64,000 nucleotides of DNA, taken from the NCBI GenBank assembly GCA_965140705.1, contig OZ223302.1, positions 256,001-320,000 on the forward strand, read 5' to 3'. Positions 23,994 to 35,104 of this stretch are shown here, in pieces. The position numbers and the translations under genes are program-made. The stretch comes from an uncultured Arcobacter sp. Its GTDB lineage: Bacteria > Campylobacterota > Campylobacteria > Campylobacterales > Arcobacteraceae. Numbering within the stretch: the stretch's first letter is position 1; the number at the start of each line of letters is the position of its first letter. The notes beneath the pieces were generated by a model. The model worked only from the letters and a program-made list of their open reading frames with translations. It was not told the origin of the DNA and did not search any database.

Positions 23994-25882
23994 TGCATAC
24001 AGATCTATTAGTATGGATAATATTAGCTCCATTACTTGGTGCTATATTAAATGGTGGATTCTACTTTTATAATATAAAGAAAAGACCCTTACCACAAAGA
24101 TTATTTTCATTAACAGGTACAATAGCTCCAATTATAGGTTTTATTATTACTTTAATACTATTTATAGATATGGTTAATAATAATGCTACATATCACCAAA
24201 CTATCTTCACATGGTTAGAAGTAGATAAATTAACTATTGAGATGAAATTTTTAGGTGATAACCTATCAATCTTTATGGCTATGTTTGTAACTTTTGTTGG
24301 ATCTTTAATTCACATTTATGCAGTTGGTTATATGCATAAAGATGAAGGTTTTGGAAAGTTTTTTGCTTATTTTAACCTTTTCTTAGCATCAATGTTAATT
24401 CTAGTACTTGCTGATAATCCAATTATTTTATTCATTGGTTGGGAAGGTGTTGGTGTTTGTTCTTACTTACTAATTAAATTTTATTATGGTAACAAAGAGA
24501 ATGTACTTGCTGCAAACAAAGCATTTATCGTAAATAGAGTTGGAGATTTTGGATTTATCTTAGGTGTAATTACGTTATTTTTTGCAATAGGACAAGGAAA
24601 CTTATCTTTTGAATCAATAGAAGCAAACTTAACTAATGCCTCTCCTAGTTTACTTATTTTATCTGGTTTCTTACTATTTGTAGGAGCTATGGGTAAATCA
24701 GCACAGATCCCATTATATACTTGGCTTCCAGATGCTATGGCAGGACCTACACCAATTTCAGCACTTATTCACGCAGCTACAATGGTAACAGCTGGGGTTT
24801 ATATGGTTGCAAGATTTCATTTCCTTTACTCAGGAATTGAAGGTGTTGGTACATTTATTGCTTATATTGGGGCTTTTTCGGCTCTATTTGCAGCAATTAT
24901 TGCAACTAAGCAACAAGATATTAAAAAAATACTTGCCTACTCAACTATGTCACAACTTGGATATATGTTTATAGGGGTTGGATTAGGTTTTTATTCAACA
25001 GGGCTATTTCATGTATTTACACATGCATTTTTTAAAGCAATGTTGTTCATGGCAGCAGGTGGTATGATTATGGCTCAACACCATGAACAAAATATCTTCA
25101 AAATGGCACAACATAGAGTTAGTACTCCAATCGTTGGATTTTGTATGTTAGTTGGTGTTATTGCAATTTCTGGTATTCCTCCATTTTCTGGTTTCTTTTC
25201 AAAAGATGCAATTTTAGGTGCAGCATTTCATGAAGGAGAATATGTAATTTGGGCAATTGGAATGTTTACAGCATTTTTAACAGCCTTTTATATGTTTAGA
25301 TTATATTTTATTCTTTTTGTTGCTCCAAATAAAAACAATACCAATCAATATGTTTATACATCTAAAACAATAACCTTACCATTGTTAGTTTTAGCAGTTG
25401 GTGCTATATCTGCTGGTTTCTTAAACCTACCAGAAGTTTTAGGTGGTCATCACATGGTTGATACATGGCTTGCACAACTTGATTCAAAAGAGTTACACAT
25501 GAGTCATAGTACAGAATATATTTTAATGGTAGTATCTGTTTTATTTGCAGTTGCTGGAATATATGCAGCATATAAAAAATATGCAAACTTTGATATATAT
25601 AATCCTGAAAGTGAAGAAGGACTTGTTGCTAATAAATTCTATGTTGATGAAATATATAACGCAGTATTTGTTCAAAGTACAAAAAAATTATCAACTTTTA
25701 TTGATAAAGTTGTAGATGAAAAAATCATTGATAACTTCATCATGGGAAGTTGTAACCAGTTTATCAACCTTGGTAAAGTTGTTGGTAGGCTTCAAAATGC
25801 AAATGTAAGATTTTATGGTCTATTCATGCTTGTTGGCATGAGTGCAATCTTCATTTATTTATTTATTTCGTTAGGATTATAG
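23993..25882 (+). CDS. nuoL: NADH-quinone oxidoreductase subunit L
   Basis: GWEGVG, KSAQIPLYTWLPDAMAGPTPISALIHAATMV. Confidence 0.97.
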   Translation: MHTDLLVWIILAPLLGAILNGGFYFYNIKKRPLPQRLFSLTGTIAPIIGFIITLILFIDMVNNNATYHQTIFTWLEVDKLTIEMKFLGDNLSIFMAMFVTFVGSLIHIYAVGYMHKDEGFGKFFAYFNLFLASMLILVLADNPIILFIGWEGVGVCSYLLIKFYYGNKENVLAANKAFIVNRVGDFGFILGVITLFFAIGQGNLSFESIEANLTNASPSLLILSGFLLFVGAMGKSAQIPLYTWLPDAMAGPTPISALIHAATMVTAGVYMVARFHFLYSGIEGVGTFIAYIGAFSALFAAIIATKQQDIKKILAYSTMSQLGYMFIGVGLGFYSTGLFHVFTHAFFKAMLFMAAGGMIMAQHHEQNIFKMAQHRVSTPIVGFCMLVGVIAISGIPPFSGFFSKDAILGAAFHEGEYVIWAIGMFTAFLTAFYMFRLYFILFVAPNKNNTNQYVYTSKTITLPLLVLAVGAISAGFLNLPEVLGGHHMVDTWLAQLDSKELHMSHSTEYILMVVSVLFAVAGIYAAYKKYANFDIYNPESEEGLVANKFYVDEIYNAVFVQSTKKLSTFIDKVVDEKIIDNFIMGSCNQFINLGKVVGRLQNANVRFYGLFMLVGMSAIFIYLFISLGL

Positions 25883-25883
25883 T

Positions 25884-27365
25884 ATGAGTGCAGAAAGTTT
25901 ATCATTTATTATATTTTTACCAGCAATTGTTGCCTTTGGTTTAATGATTACAACAGCAAATGTTGAAGCAGTTAGAAATATAGCATTTTTAACTACTACT
26001 GTTATTTTAGCATTAGTATTAAAAATCTATATCAATTTTGACCCAAATGCGGGAATGCAATTTGTTACAAATGCACCTTGGATTCAAACTTACGGTATAA
26101 ACTATTATATTGGAGTTGACGGTTTTTCTTTAACAATTTTGATGCTTATTGCTATTTTAATTCCTACCTCATATTTATTATTATGGGAAGGTAGAACAAA
26201 AGGTTATTGGATCAATATGCTACTTGTACAAACAGGTGTTACAGGGGCATTATTATCACTAGATGTTATTTTATTCTACTTCTTTTGGGAAGTTATGTTA
26301 TTACCAGTATTCTTAATGATTGGTATTGATGGTTTTGGGGATAAAGTATTTACAACTATTAAAGTTACTATTTACACAATGGCTGGTTCATTGTTGATGT
26401 TTATTGGTATTATTTACCTTGGTGTTACATTTTATAATGAGTTTGGTTTTTGGTCTTTCCAATACAATGACTTTACAAAAATTACAACCTTATCTTACCA
26501 TGAACAGGTATATTTATTTTTAACATTTGTTATTGCCTTTGGTATTAAAATTCCAATTTTCCCATTACACACTTGGATTATGGATACATATAAAAATGCT
26601 CCTACTGGTGCCGTTTTCTTATTATCATCAATCATGGCAAAACTTGGGGTTTATGCAATCGTTAGATTTATGATTCCAATATTTCCAGAAATTTATATTG
26701 AATACTCTACTTGGTTTGTATTTATTGGATTATTTGGGTTAGTTTATTTTGGAATTGCAGCACTAATGCAAAATGACATTAAGAGGATGTTTGCATATTC
26801 ATCTGCATCCCACTTAAGTTTTATAGCAGCAGGTATATTTTCATTAAATGCTTATGGTATTAATGGAGCTCTATACTTAATCATTGCCCATGCCATTGCT
26901 ACAGGTGCATTATTCTTACTTGTTGGTGTTTTACATGACGAATCTAAATTCAAAACAATTAGTGACTTAGGTGGAATTGCAAAAGTTGCTCCAATATTTA
27001 CTTTTGTATTTGCAGTTATGCTATTTGCAAATGTTGGATTACCTGGAACAAATGGATTTGTTTCAGAACTATTAATCATTTTCGGAATTTATGAATTCAA
27101 TCATACATTAGGTTATATCTCAGCTCTTACAGTTATTATTGGAGCTTCATATATGTTATGGATGTTCCAAAGAGCTATTTTACAAGATAGAGTTGGAGAA
27201 CCAAGAAAAATGAGAGACCTTAAAATAAAAGAGATTATTGGTTTAGCACCATGGATAATCTTAGTATTTCTAATGGGTGTTTACCCAGAACCATTCATTG
27301 ATAAGTTTGAGCCAAGTGTAACTCACTTTTTAAATGACATATTAAAAATTGGAGTGATGAGATAA
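25884..27365 (+). CDS. nuoM: NADH-quinone oxidoreductase subunit M
   Basis: [28 protein letters not shown]. Confidence 0.96.
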   Translation: MSAESLSFIIFLPAIVAFGLMITTANVEAVRNIAFLTTTVILALVLKIYINFDPNAGMQFVTNAPWIQTYGINYYIGVDGFSLTILMLIAILIPTSYLLLWEGRTKGYWINMLLVQTGVTGALLSLDVILFYFFWEVMLLPVFLMIGIDGFGDKVFTTIKVTIYTMAGSLLMFIGIIYLGVTFYNEFGFWSFQYNDFTKITTLSYHEQVYLFLTFVIAFGIKIPIFPLHTWIMDTYKNAPTGAVFLLSSIMAKLGVYAIVRFMIPIFPEIYIEYSTWFVFIGLFGLVYFGIAALMQNDIKRMFAYSSASHLSFIAAGIFSLNAYGINGALYLIIAHAIATGALFLLVGVLHDESKFKTISDLGGIAKVAPIFTFVFAVMLFANVGLPGTNGFVSELLIIFGIYEFNHTLGYISALTVIIGASYMLWMFQRAILQDRVGEPRKMRDLKIKEIIGLAPWIILVFLMGVYPEPFIDKFEPSVTHFLNDILKIGVMR

Positions 27366-28867
27366 TGACTGAATTCTTATATCTAGTACCCCTTATAACT
27401 GTACTTGTAGGTGCTCTTGTATTGATGTTCATGAGTATGTATGACAAGTTTACACTTAAACATTATATTACGACTACATCAATATTTTTGATAATTGCCT
27501 TAGGTTTTTCTGTTGCAGAATTTGGTGATCTTTTTTCTGCTAAGCCATATAATGAATTATTTAATAATGCATTAGTTTTTGATACATATGCAAACTTTTT
27601 TGGTGTATTATTGATTTTTGGTACACTGTTAATCGTATTAATTGGTGAACATTACTTTTATGATCATTCATACTTTAAAGGGGAGTTCTTTTCTGTATTA
27701 ATGTTTGCTCTATTTGGAATGATGTTAATTGCTAATTCAAATGAATTAATCACTGCATACATTTCACTTGAAATTGCATCATTTGCAATATATATATTAG
27801 TTGGTTTCCAAAGTGAAGATGGGAAAAGAGTTGAGGCTATGTTTAAATACTTAGTTTTAGGTTCTTTTATTGGTGCATTTTTTCTATTAGGAACAGTATT
27901 AATTTATGGTGTAAGTGGAAGTACAAACTTAAATGATATTTCTACTTATATTACAACACATAGTGGAAGCGATTTAAATCTTATTTATATTGGTATAACA
28001 TTATTATTATTTACTTTCCTTTTCAAAATTGCAGCTTTCCCATTCCAATCTTGGGTTTTAGATGTATATAGAGGTGCTCCAATGCTTGTTACTGCATATA
28101 TGGCATCTACATTTAAAGTTGCTATATTCTCGCTATTTTTAAGAGCATATTTACAAACATTCTCAACTATTCAAAATTTTTGGGACCCAATTTTATATGT
28201 ACTTATTATATTTACACTTGCATATGGTACATGGATTGCAATTACACAAAAAATTATTAAAAGAATGCTTGCTGCATCTTCAATAGTTCATACAGGATAT
28301 ATTTTACTAGGGTTTATATCTTTAGGACAAAATATTGATAATGCTTATGCAATTATGTTCTATTTAATATCTTATTTATTAACTGCAATTGGTGCATTTG
28401 GGCTTATTTCTCATATTATTTCTGAAACAAAAGTTAGAGTTACATATGAAGACTTCAAAGGTTTGGCACATGAAAGACCTTTCTTAGCAGCTGCTATGAC
28501 TATTTTCTTATTTTCTTTAGCTGGAATTCCTTCTACAATTGGATTTATAGGAAAATTTTATATCTTTACAGAAGCTATTAATTCAGGATATGCAAGTTTA
28601 ACTATAGTTGCGATAATTGCTACTATCATTTCAGTATACTACTACTTTAGACTAATTGCTATGATGTACTTCTATCCAGCAAGTGATGCTTGTAAAAGTG
28701 AAGGTTTTGATGACAAAAGAATATCTACATATATTGTAGCATTTTTGGCTGCTTTAGTTGTATGGGGTGGTATAGGTTCAGCCATAGTATTCTTCATCCC
28801 TGCTCCAAATATTGATGCAATAATTGAAGTTTCAAAATTAGCAATTGAATCTTTGTTTCTAAAGTAA
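27365..28867 (+). CDS. nuoN: NADH-quinone oxidoreductase subunit N
   Basis: [33 protein letters not shown]. Confidence 0.96.
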   Translation: MTEFLYLVPLITVLVGALVLMFMSMYDKFTLKHYITTTSIFLIIALGFSVAEFGDLFSAKPYNELFNNALVFDTYANFFGVLLIFGTLLIVLIGEHYFYDHSYFKGEFFSVLMFALFGMMLIANSNELITAYISLEIASFAIYILVGFQSEDGKRVEAMFKYLVLGSFIGAFFLLGTVLIYGVSGSTNLNDISTYITTHSGSDLNLIYIGITLLLFTFLFKIAAFPFQSWVLDVYRGAPMLVTAYMASTFKVAIFSLFLRAYLQTFSTIQNFWDPILYVLIIFTLAYGTWIAITQKIIKRMLAASSIVHTGYILLGFISLGQNIDNAYAIMFYLISYLLTAIGAFGLISHIISETKVRVTYEDFKGLAHERPFLAAAMTIFLFSLAGIPSTIGFIGKFYIFTEAINSGYASLTIVAIIATIISVYYYFRLIAMMYFYPASDACKSEGFDDKRISTYIVAFLAALVVWGGIGSAIVFFIPAPNIDAIIEVSKLAIESLFLK

Positions 28868-28926
28868 ACACTGTCAATAAATTAGTATATTAATGTAAAA
28901 AATTATTTTTCTAGCATTAATTTTTT

Positions 28927-28953
28927 AAAGGTCGATTAAATCGACCTTTTTTT
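28927..28953 (+). terminator. Intrinsic terminator after nuoN
   Basis: aaaggtcgatt-a-aatcgaccttt stem followed by a T-tract. Confidence 0.85.
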
Positions 28954-29104
28954 ATAGCAAAAAATTATTAAAGATTATTACTTAAAGAATTAATTGGATT
29001 TTTAAAATTCTATTCAAGATTATCTTCGCTATAATGACGCTATGTTTTAAAAGGAATATTTTAAACTTTATATTCCATCATAAATTAAACACAAAGGATT
29101 GATA

Positions 29105-29896
29105 ATGAGTGACCTAATAGAAGGTTATTTAGGCAAAACAGTTGAAGGGAAAAAAAGTAGAACTCCAGCAAAATTGGATTATTTACAAAGTGCGACAGGA
29201 CTATTCCTTGGTCTATTTATGTGGGGACATATGGTATTTGTCTCATCAATTTTAGTTAGTAAAGACTTTATGTATACAATTACAAAATTCTTTGAAGCTA
29301 GTTTTATTTTTAATGAAGGGCAACCTATAATTGTTTCTGCAATTGCGTTTATTGTATTTGTAGTATTTATTTCACATGCAGCAATGGGTATGAGAAAATT
29401 ACCAGGTAACTTTAAACAATATCAAGTTATGAAAGCACATGCAGACAATATGGGACATGAAGATACTAAATTGTGGTTCATTCAAGCATTCACTGGTTTT
29501 GCCATGTTCTTCTTAGGTTCAGTTCACTTATACATTATCATGACTAATGCTGATAAAATTGGACCATATGCAAGTGCAGATAGAGTTTGGTCTAATTGGA
29601 TGTGGCCTTTATATATTCTTTTATTATTAGCGGTTGAATTCCATGGGACTATTGGATTATATAGACTTGCTGTTAAATGGGGATGGTTTGACGGTAAAGA
29701 TCCAAAAGCTTCAAGAAAAAAATTGAAAGCTTATAAAAAAATCCTTACAGTATTCTTTTTAGTTTTAGGATTTGCTACATTAGCAGCTTATATGAAAATT
29801 GGTATGGATCACGCAGCTGCAGGAAAAGTTGGAGAAAGATATACTCCAACAGCACAAATAATGGAATATAAAATTAACAATGGGAGAGTGGCATAA
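29105..29896 (+). CDS. frdC: Fumarate reductase diheme cytochrome b subunit
   Basis: [13 protein letters not shown] and His ligands typical of Wolinella-type FrdC. ATG 29105 preferred because AAAGGA lies just upstream. Confidence 0.95.
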   Translation: MSDLIEGYLGKTVEGKKSRTPAKLDYLQSATGLFLGLFMWGHMVFVSSILVSKDFMYTITKFFEASFIFNEGQPIIVSAIAFIVFVVFISHAAMGMRKLPGNFKQYQVMKAHADNMGHEDTKLWFIQAFTGFAMFFLGSVHLYIIMTNADKIGPYASADRVWSNWMWPLYILLLLAVEFHGTIGLYRLAVKWGWFDGKDPKASRKKLKAYKKILTVFFLVLGFATLAAYMKIGMDHAAAGKVGERYTPTAQIMEYKINNGRVA

Positions 29897-31881
29897 TGAA
29901 AATTAATTATTGTGATGCATTAGTTATTGGTGGTGGTTTAGCAGGTCTAAGAGCTGCAGTTGCTGCACAAAAAAAAGGCTTAAATACAGTAGTTTTATCA
30001 CTTGTTCCAGTTAAAAGATCTCACAGTGCTGCAGCACAAGGTGGTATGCAAGCAAGTTTGGGTAACTCTAAAATGTCAGATGGGGATAATGAAGATTTAC
30101 ACTTTGCAGATACGGTAAAAGGTTCAGATTGGGGATGTGACCAAGAAGTTGCAAGAATGTTTGTAAATACTGCACCAAAAGCTATTAGAGAATTAGCTGG
30201 TTGGGGTGTGCCTTGGACAAGAGTTAGAGAAGGTGCAAGGGAAGCAGTTATCAATGCTAAAAAAACAACAATTACTGAAGATGCTGATAGACATGGATTA
30301 ATTACATCAAGAGACTTTGGTGGTACTAAAAAATGGAGAACATGTTATACAGCTGATGCAACAGGACATACAATGTTATTTGGTGTTGCAAATGAAGCTT
30401 TAAAACATGAAGTTGATATTAGAGATAGAAAAGAAGCTGTATCAATTATCCATGAAGATGGAAGATGTTATGGTGCTATTGTAAGGGACTTAATTACTGG
30501 TGAATTAGAAGCTTATGTTGCTAAAGGAACATGTATAGCAACAGGTGGATATGGAAGAGTATTTAAACAAACAACTAATGCAGTTATTTGTGAAGGAATT
30601 GGTGCAGCTATTGCACTTGAAACTGGAATTGCAACTCTAGGAAATATGGAAGCTGTACAATTTCACCCAACTCCAATTGTACCATCAGGTATTTTATTAA
30701 CTGAAGGGTGTAGAGGTGATGGTGGAATTTTAAGAGACGTTGATGGACATAGATTTATGCCAGATTACGAACCTGAGAAAAAAGAACTAGCATCAAGAGA
30801 TGTTGTTTCAAGAAGAATGATTGAACATATTAGAAATGGTAAAGGTGTACCTTCTCCATATGGTGATCATATTTGGTTAGATATCTCTATTTTAGGTAGA
30901 GAACATATTGAGAAAAACTTAAGAGATGTACAAGAAATTTGTCAAATCTTTAATGGTATCGATCCAGCAGATGAAGGTCCAAAAGGTTGGGCCCCAGTTT
31001 TACCTATGCAACATTATTCAATGGGTGGTATTAGAACAAAACCAACTGGTGAATCACAAACATTAAAAGGACTATTTGCTTGTGGAGAAGCTGCTTGTTG
31101 GGATATGCATGGATTTAATAGACTTGGAGGAAATTCTGTTTCTGAAACAGTTGTTGCTGGTATGATTATTGGTAATTATTTTGCTGATTTCTGTTTAGAA
31201 AATGATGTAACAATTGGTACTAAAACAGTTCAAAAATTCCTTGATGAAGAAGATGCATATTTAGATGAAATTTTAGCATATAATGGTAAAGAAGATATAT
31301 TTAAAATTAAAAACAGAATGAAACAACTAATGGATGACAAAGTTGGTATCTTTAGAGATGGTCCACATTTAGAAGAAGCTGTTATTGAATTAAAAGAATT
31401 ATTAGCTAAAACTAAAGAGATTAATGTTAAATCAAAAGAAAGAGTTGGAAACCCAGAGCTTGAAGAAGCATATAGAGTTCCAAAAATGTTAAAAATTGCA
31501 TTGTGTGTTGCTAAAGGTGCTAGAGATAGAACTGAATCAAGAGGTGCACACTATAGAGAAGATTATTTAAAAAGAGATGATGCAAACTGGTTAAACAGAA
31601 CAATCACTTCTTGGCCAAACAAAGATGCTTTAGAGCCAGAAATTACTTATGAACCACTAGATATTATGAAAATGGAAATGCCTCCAGCATTTAGAGGTTA
31701 TGGTGCGAAGGGTATGATTATAGAGCATGAATTATCTGCAAAAAGACAAGCTGAAGTTGATGAAATAACTGAAAGAATGCAAGCAGAAGGTAAAGATAGA
31801 TATGAGATACAAGATGCACTTATGCCATTTGAATTACCAATGAATTATAAAGAAAAAAATGAAAGAGTAGGAGATAAATAA
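29896..31881 (+). CDS. frdA: Fumarate reductase flavoprotein subunit
   Basis: [37 protein letters not shown]. Confidence 0.97.
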   Translation: MKINYCDALVIGGGLAGLRAAVAAQKKGLNTVVLSLVPVKRSHSAAAQGGMQASLGNSKMSDGDNEDLHFADTVKGSDWGCDQEVARMFVNTAPKAIRELAGWGVPWTRVREGAREAVINAKKTTITEDADRHGLITSRDFGGTKKWRTCYTADATGHTMLFGVANEALKHEVDIRDRKEAVSIIHEDGRCYGAIVRDLITGELEAYVAKGTCIATGGYGRVFKQTTNAVICEGIGAAIALETGIATLGNMEAVQFHPTPIVPSGILLTEGCRGDGGILRDVDGHRFMPDYEPEKKELASRDVVSRRMIEHIRNGKGVPSPYGDHIWLDISILGREHIEKNLRDVQEICQIFNGIDPADEGPKGWAPVLPMQHYSMGGIRTKPTGESQTLKGLFACGEAACWDMHGFNRLGGNSVSETVVAGMIIGNYFADFCLENDVTIGTKTVQKFLDEEDAYLDEILAYNGKEDIFKIKNRMKQLMDDKVGIFRDGPHLEEAVIELKELLAKTKEINVKSKERVGNPELEEAYRVPKMLKIALCVAKGARDRTESRGAHYREDYLKRDDANWLNRTITSWPNKDALEPEITYEPLDIMKMEMPPAFRGYGAKGMIIEHELSAKRQAEVDEITERMQAEGKDRYEIQDALMPFELPMNYKEKNERVGDK

Positions 31882-32612
31882 TGAGTGACCACAAAGGTAG
31901 AGAAGTTACTATAAAAGTACTTAAATTTAATCCAAGAAGTAAAATTTCTAAACCTCATTATGTAGAGTATAAATTAGAAGAAACACCAGGTATGACTCTT
32001 TTTATTGCTCTTAGTAAGATTAGAGAAGAACACGATGCAGATTTAGCTTTTGACTTTGTATGTAGAGCTGGTATTTGTGGTTCTTGTGGTATGGTAGTTA
32101 ATGGAAAACCTGCCCTTGCTTGTAGAACACTAATTGCTAATTATCCAGATGGAGTTATTACTTTACTTCCAATGCCTGCATTTGAATTAATCAAAGATTT
32201 ATCAGTAAATACTGGTAAATGGATGGATGCAATGTCTAATAGAGTTGAATCTTGGATTCATACAAACCATAAACCAGACATCACAAAAATCGAAGAAAAA
32301 ATTGATCCAGATATTGCAGATCAAACATTTGAATTAGATAGATGTATTGAGTGTGGAATTTGTGTTGCTTCTTGTGGAACAATGCTAATGAGACCTGATT
32401 TCGTAGGACCTGTTGGCTTAAACAGAATCGCAAGATTTGAAGTTGACCCACATGATAATAGAACTGCTGATGATTTTTATGAATTAGTTGGTGATGATAA
32501 TGGTATCTTTGGTTGTATGTCATTAATGGCATGTGAAGATCATTGTCCAAAACATTTACCTCTTCAAAATAAGATTGCTTACTTAAGAAGAAAACTAGTA
32601 TCACTAAGATAA
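31881..32612 (+). CDS. frdB: Fumarate reductase Fe-S subunit
   Basis: [29 protein letters not shown]. Confidence 0.97.
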   Translation: MSDHKGREVTIKVLKFNPRSKISKPHYVEYKLEETPGMTLFIALSKIREEHDADLAFDFVCRAGICGSCGMVVNGKPALACRTLIANYPDGVITLLPMPAFELIKDLSVNTGKWMDAMSNRVESWIHTNHKPDITKIEEKIDPDIADQTFELDRCIECGICVASCGTMLMRPDFVGPVGLNRIARFEVDPHDNRTADDFYELVGDDNGIFGCMSLMACEDHCPKHLPLQNKIAYLRRKLVSLR

Positions 32613-32613
32613 A

Positions 32614-32687
32614 TATACAAGAGATTTTTTCTCTTGTATAAACAAAAAGTATAAAAAGTTAATTACCTTTTGGGTAATTAACTTTTT
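32614..32687 (+). terminator. Tandem hairpins after frdB
   Basis: tatacaagaga-N5-tctcttgtata (32614-32640) and aaaaagttaattacc-N5-ggtaattaacttttt (32653-32687). Confidence 0.75.
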
Positions 32688-32767
32688 GTATTTTAGGGAT
32701 ATTGAAACTAATTTTATTTTTTAAATTATTTTTTATAAGTACAGAAAAAGCCTTTAATGGAGATTGA

Positions 32768-35104
32768 ATGTCATTAGTTAACGATTATTTTTTACTTTAC
32801 CATGGTAAAAATTGTGAACAAAAAATTACATATGGAACAGAACATTATAAAAATAGAGATGAATTTTTTGAAATAGCAGCCTTAGTATTAGCACCTACAA
32901 GAAAAGATTATGAAAAATATATAACATTAGATAGTTTTAAAAAATTAATTACACATGTTACAAATAAAAAAGTAAAAAGCTTAGATGATTTAAATCAACT
33001 ACAATACTGCATAATTGAATCAATCGGAAATGATACAAAAAGTTGTCAAATAGAGAAACTACACGAAAGTTTAGAATACTTAAAAAAAGAAAATATTTTA
33101 GAATCATCAAACTTCAATAAACTAATCTCACTTTTTGACCCAAAAGAACTGGGACTTCAAGCTCAAGATTCAAAAGATGAACATATTCATATTGATGAAT
33201 CTAAATCATTCAAAGAGACAAAAGTCGATTTTGAAAATTTAATAAAAGAACTACATGAAATTTTTCAATCTGAAGAGTACAAAGAAGAGTTAGAAAATAC
33301 AAAAAAATATCTAGAAAACCAAAAGTTCTCAATAGGAATTACAGGTGTTATGAATGCTGGTAAATCTACAATGTTAAATGCCCTAATGGGAAAAGAGATT
33401 CTAGGTAGTGCAGTGGTTCCTGAAACAGCAAATTTAACTATTGTAAAGCATGGTACTCCTGAAGCAAATGTTTTTTATTGGAATAAAGAAGAGTGGAATA
33501 GAATTGAACAATCAGGAAAACAGTTAGAATCAATAAAAGAGTTTGTACATGAAACTAAAAAAATATTTGGTGATGAACTAAATAATTATATTCAAGATGA
33601 TTCATACAGTGAAAAAGTCGATATAAATAATCTTGCTGCTTATACATCAGCTGAAGCTAGTGGTAAAAAATGTAATTTAGTAAAATACGTTGAATTAAAA
33701 TCAGATTTAAAATTTTTACAAGATGGAATCGAAATTGTTGATACTCCAGGATTAGATGACCCAGTAATTCAAAGGGAAGAAATAACAAAAGAGTACTTAA
33801 ATCAATGTGATTTAATGATTCACTTAATGAATGTATCTCAAAGTGCAACGTTAAAAGACGTGGAGTTTATAATAGATGCCCTACTTTACCAAAATATAAC
33901 AAAACTTTTAATCGTAATAACAAGAGCAGATACCGTTGCAAAAGAACAATTACAAGAAGTTATAGACTACACTAAAAGTTCTATAGAAGCACAATTAAAA
34001 CTTCAAAATAAAGATAGCCAGTTAGATTATATACTTAGAAGCATAAAATTTATACCAATATCTGGGATGATGGCATTATATCATAGAACAGGAAGAGAAA
34101 ATAAAGCAATAGAAGCTGGTTTTAAAATAGAAGATACAGGTATTTTAGAAATTGAAAACTATCTTGAAGAGACACTATTTGGTAAAAGTTCATCAAAAAC
34201 TGAATTAATAATAAAAAGTATAAAAACTCAACTTAGAAAAACAATAGAAAAAGAGATAAAATCCTTTAATTATGAATTAATTTTATTAAGTAAATCAAAG
34301 GAAGAACTAGAAGAAGATTTAAAAAACTTTGCAAAGAAAAAATCTACAAATGAATCAATTTTTGAAGCAATGAATGAAGATATTGTAGTATACAAAAATG
34401 ATGCAAAAAGTTATATACTTACCTTAGAAACTTTCCTAGAAAATGAGCTTTTAGATTTACAAGAAATTATTAGAAAAAGAGTTTTTTCAGATGTTAAATA
34501 CTCCTTTGAAAAGACTAAAAAAAGACCAGAATCAAAAAGAATCAAAAGTATCGTTGAAACAGCTATAAAAGATGGAATTATAGATGTTATTAGAGATTAT
34601 AGATATAAATTTATCAAAAAGTCTCAAAGTATAGGTGAAGTATTTGAACAAAAATACCAAGAAATGGGATTTACAATTGGGCACAAAAATGAAAATTTTG
34701 ATGCTAGGGGCTTTTTTGAAAATGATTTTAAATCAGGTTTCTTAACATCATCAAATGAAGTATTAATAAATAAAATAACAAATGAAGTCTCAAAAAGTAA
34801 AGAATCAAAATTAACTGAATTAGATATAAATTTACAAGGTTTTATAAAAGAAGAGTTTGAACCAATAGAAAAAAATATAAAAGAAAAAGCTCAAAGTATT
34901 TCTCAGGTTTTAATTGATAACTTCTTTACACAAATTTCTGAACCACTTAAAATCTTTGAGAAAAAACTAATAAAAGATGAAAAAGCTTTACAAGATAGAA
35001 TCTCTTCATTTGAAGAAAATGACTCAAAAAAAGATGAATTAACTATAGAAATTCATAAAAAAGTTAAAAAACTTGAAACATTTAGTAGGGAGCTTAAAGC
35101 ATGA
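32768..35104 (+). CDS. Bacterial dynamin-like protein 1 (Campylobacter DLP1-like)
   Basis: G1 GVMNAGKS, G2 PET, G3 DTPG, G4 TRAD; long helical C-terminus. Confidence 0.88.
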   Translation: MSLVNDYFLLYHGKNCEQKITYGTEHYKNRDEFFEIAALVLAPTRKDYEKYITLDSFKKLITHVTNKKVKSLDDLNQLQYCIIESIGNDTKSCQIEKLHESLEYLKKENILESSNFNKLISLFDPKELGLQAQDSKDEHIHIDESKSFKETKVDFENLIKELHEIFQSEEYKEELENTKKYLENQKFSIGITGVMNAGKSTMLNALMGKEILGSAVVPETANLTIVKHGTPEANVFYWNKEEWNRIEQSGKQLESIKEFVHETKKIFGDELNNYIQDDSYSEKVDINNLAAYTSAEASGKKCNLVKYVELKSDLKFLQDGIEIVDTPGLDDPVIQREEITKEYLNQCDLMIHLMNVSQSATLKDVEFIIDALLYQNITKLLIVITRADTVAKEQLQEVIDYTKSSIEAQLKLQNKDSQLDYILRSIKFIPISGMMALYHRTGRENKAIEAGFKIEDTGILEIENYLEETLFGKSSSKTELIIKSIKTQLRKTIEKEIKSFNYELILLSKSKEELEEDLKNFAKKKSTNESIFEAMNEDIVVYKNDAKSYILTLETFLENELLDLQEIIRKRVFSDVKYSFEKTKKRPESKRIKSIVETAIKDGIIDVIRDYRYKFIKKSQSIGEVFEQKYQEMGFTIGHKNENFDARGFFENDFKSGFLTSSNEVLINKITNEVSKSKESKLTELDINLQGFIKEEFEPIEKNIKEKAQSISQVLIDNFFTQISEPLKIFEKKLIKDEKALQDRISSFEENDSKKDELTIEIHKKVKKLETFSRELKA

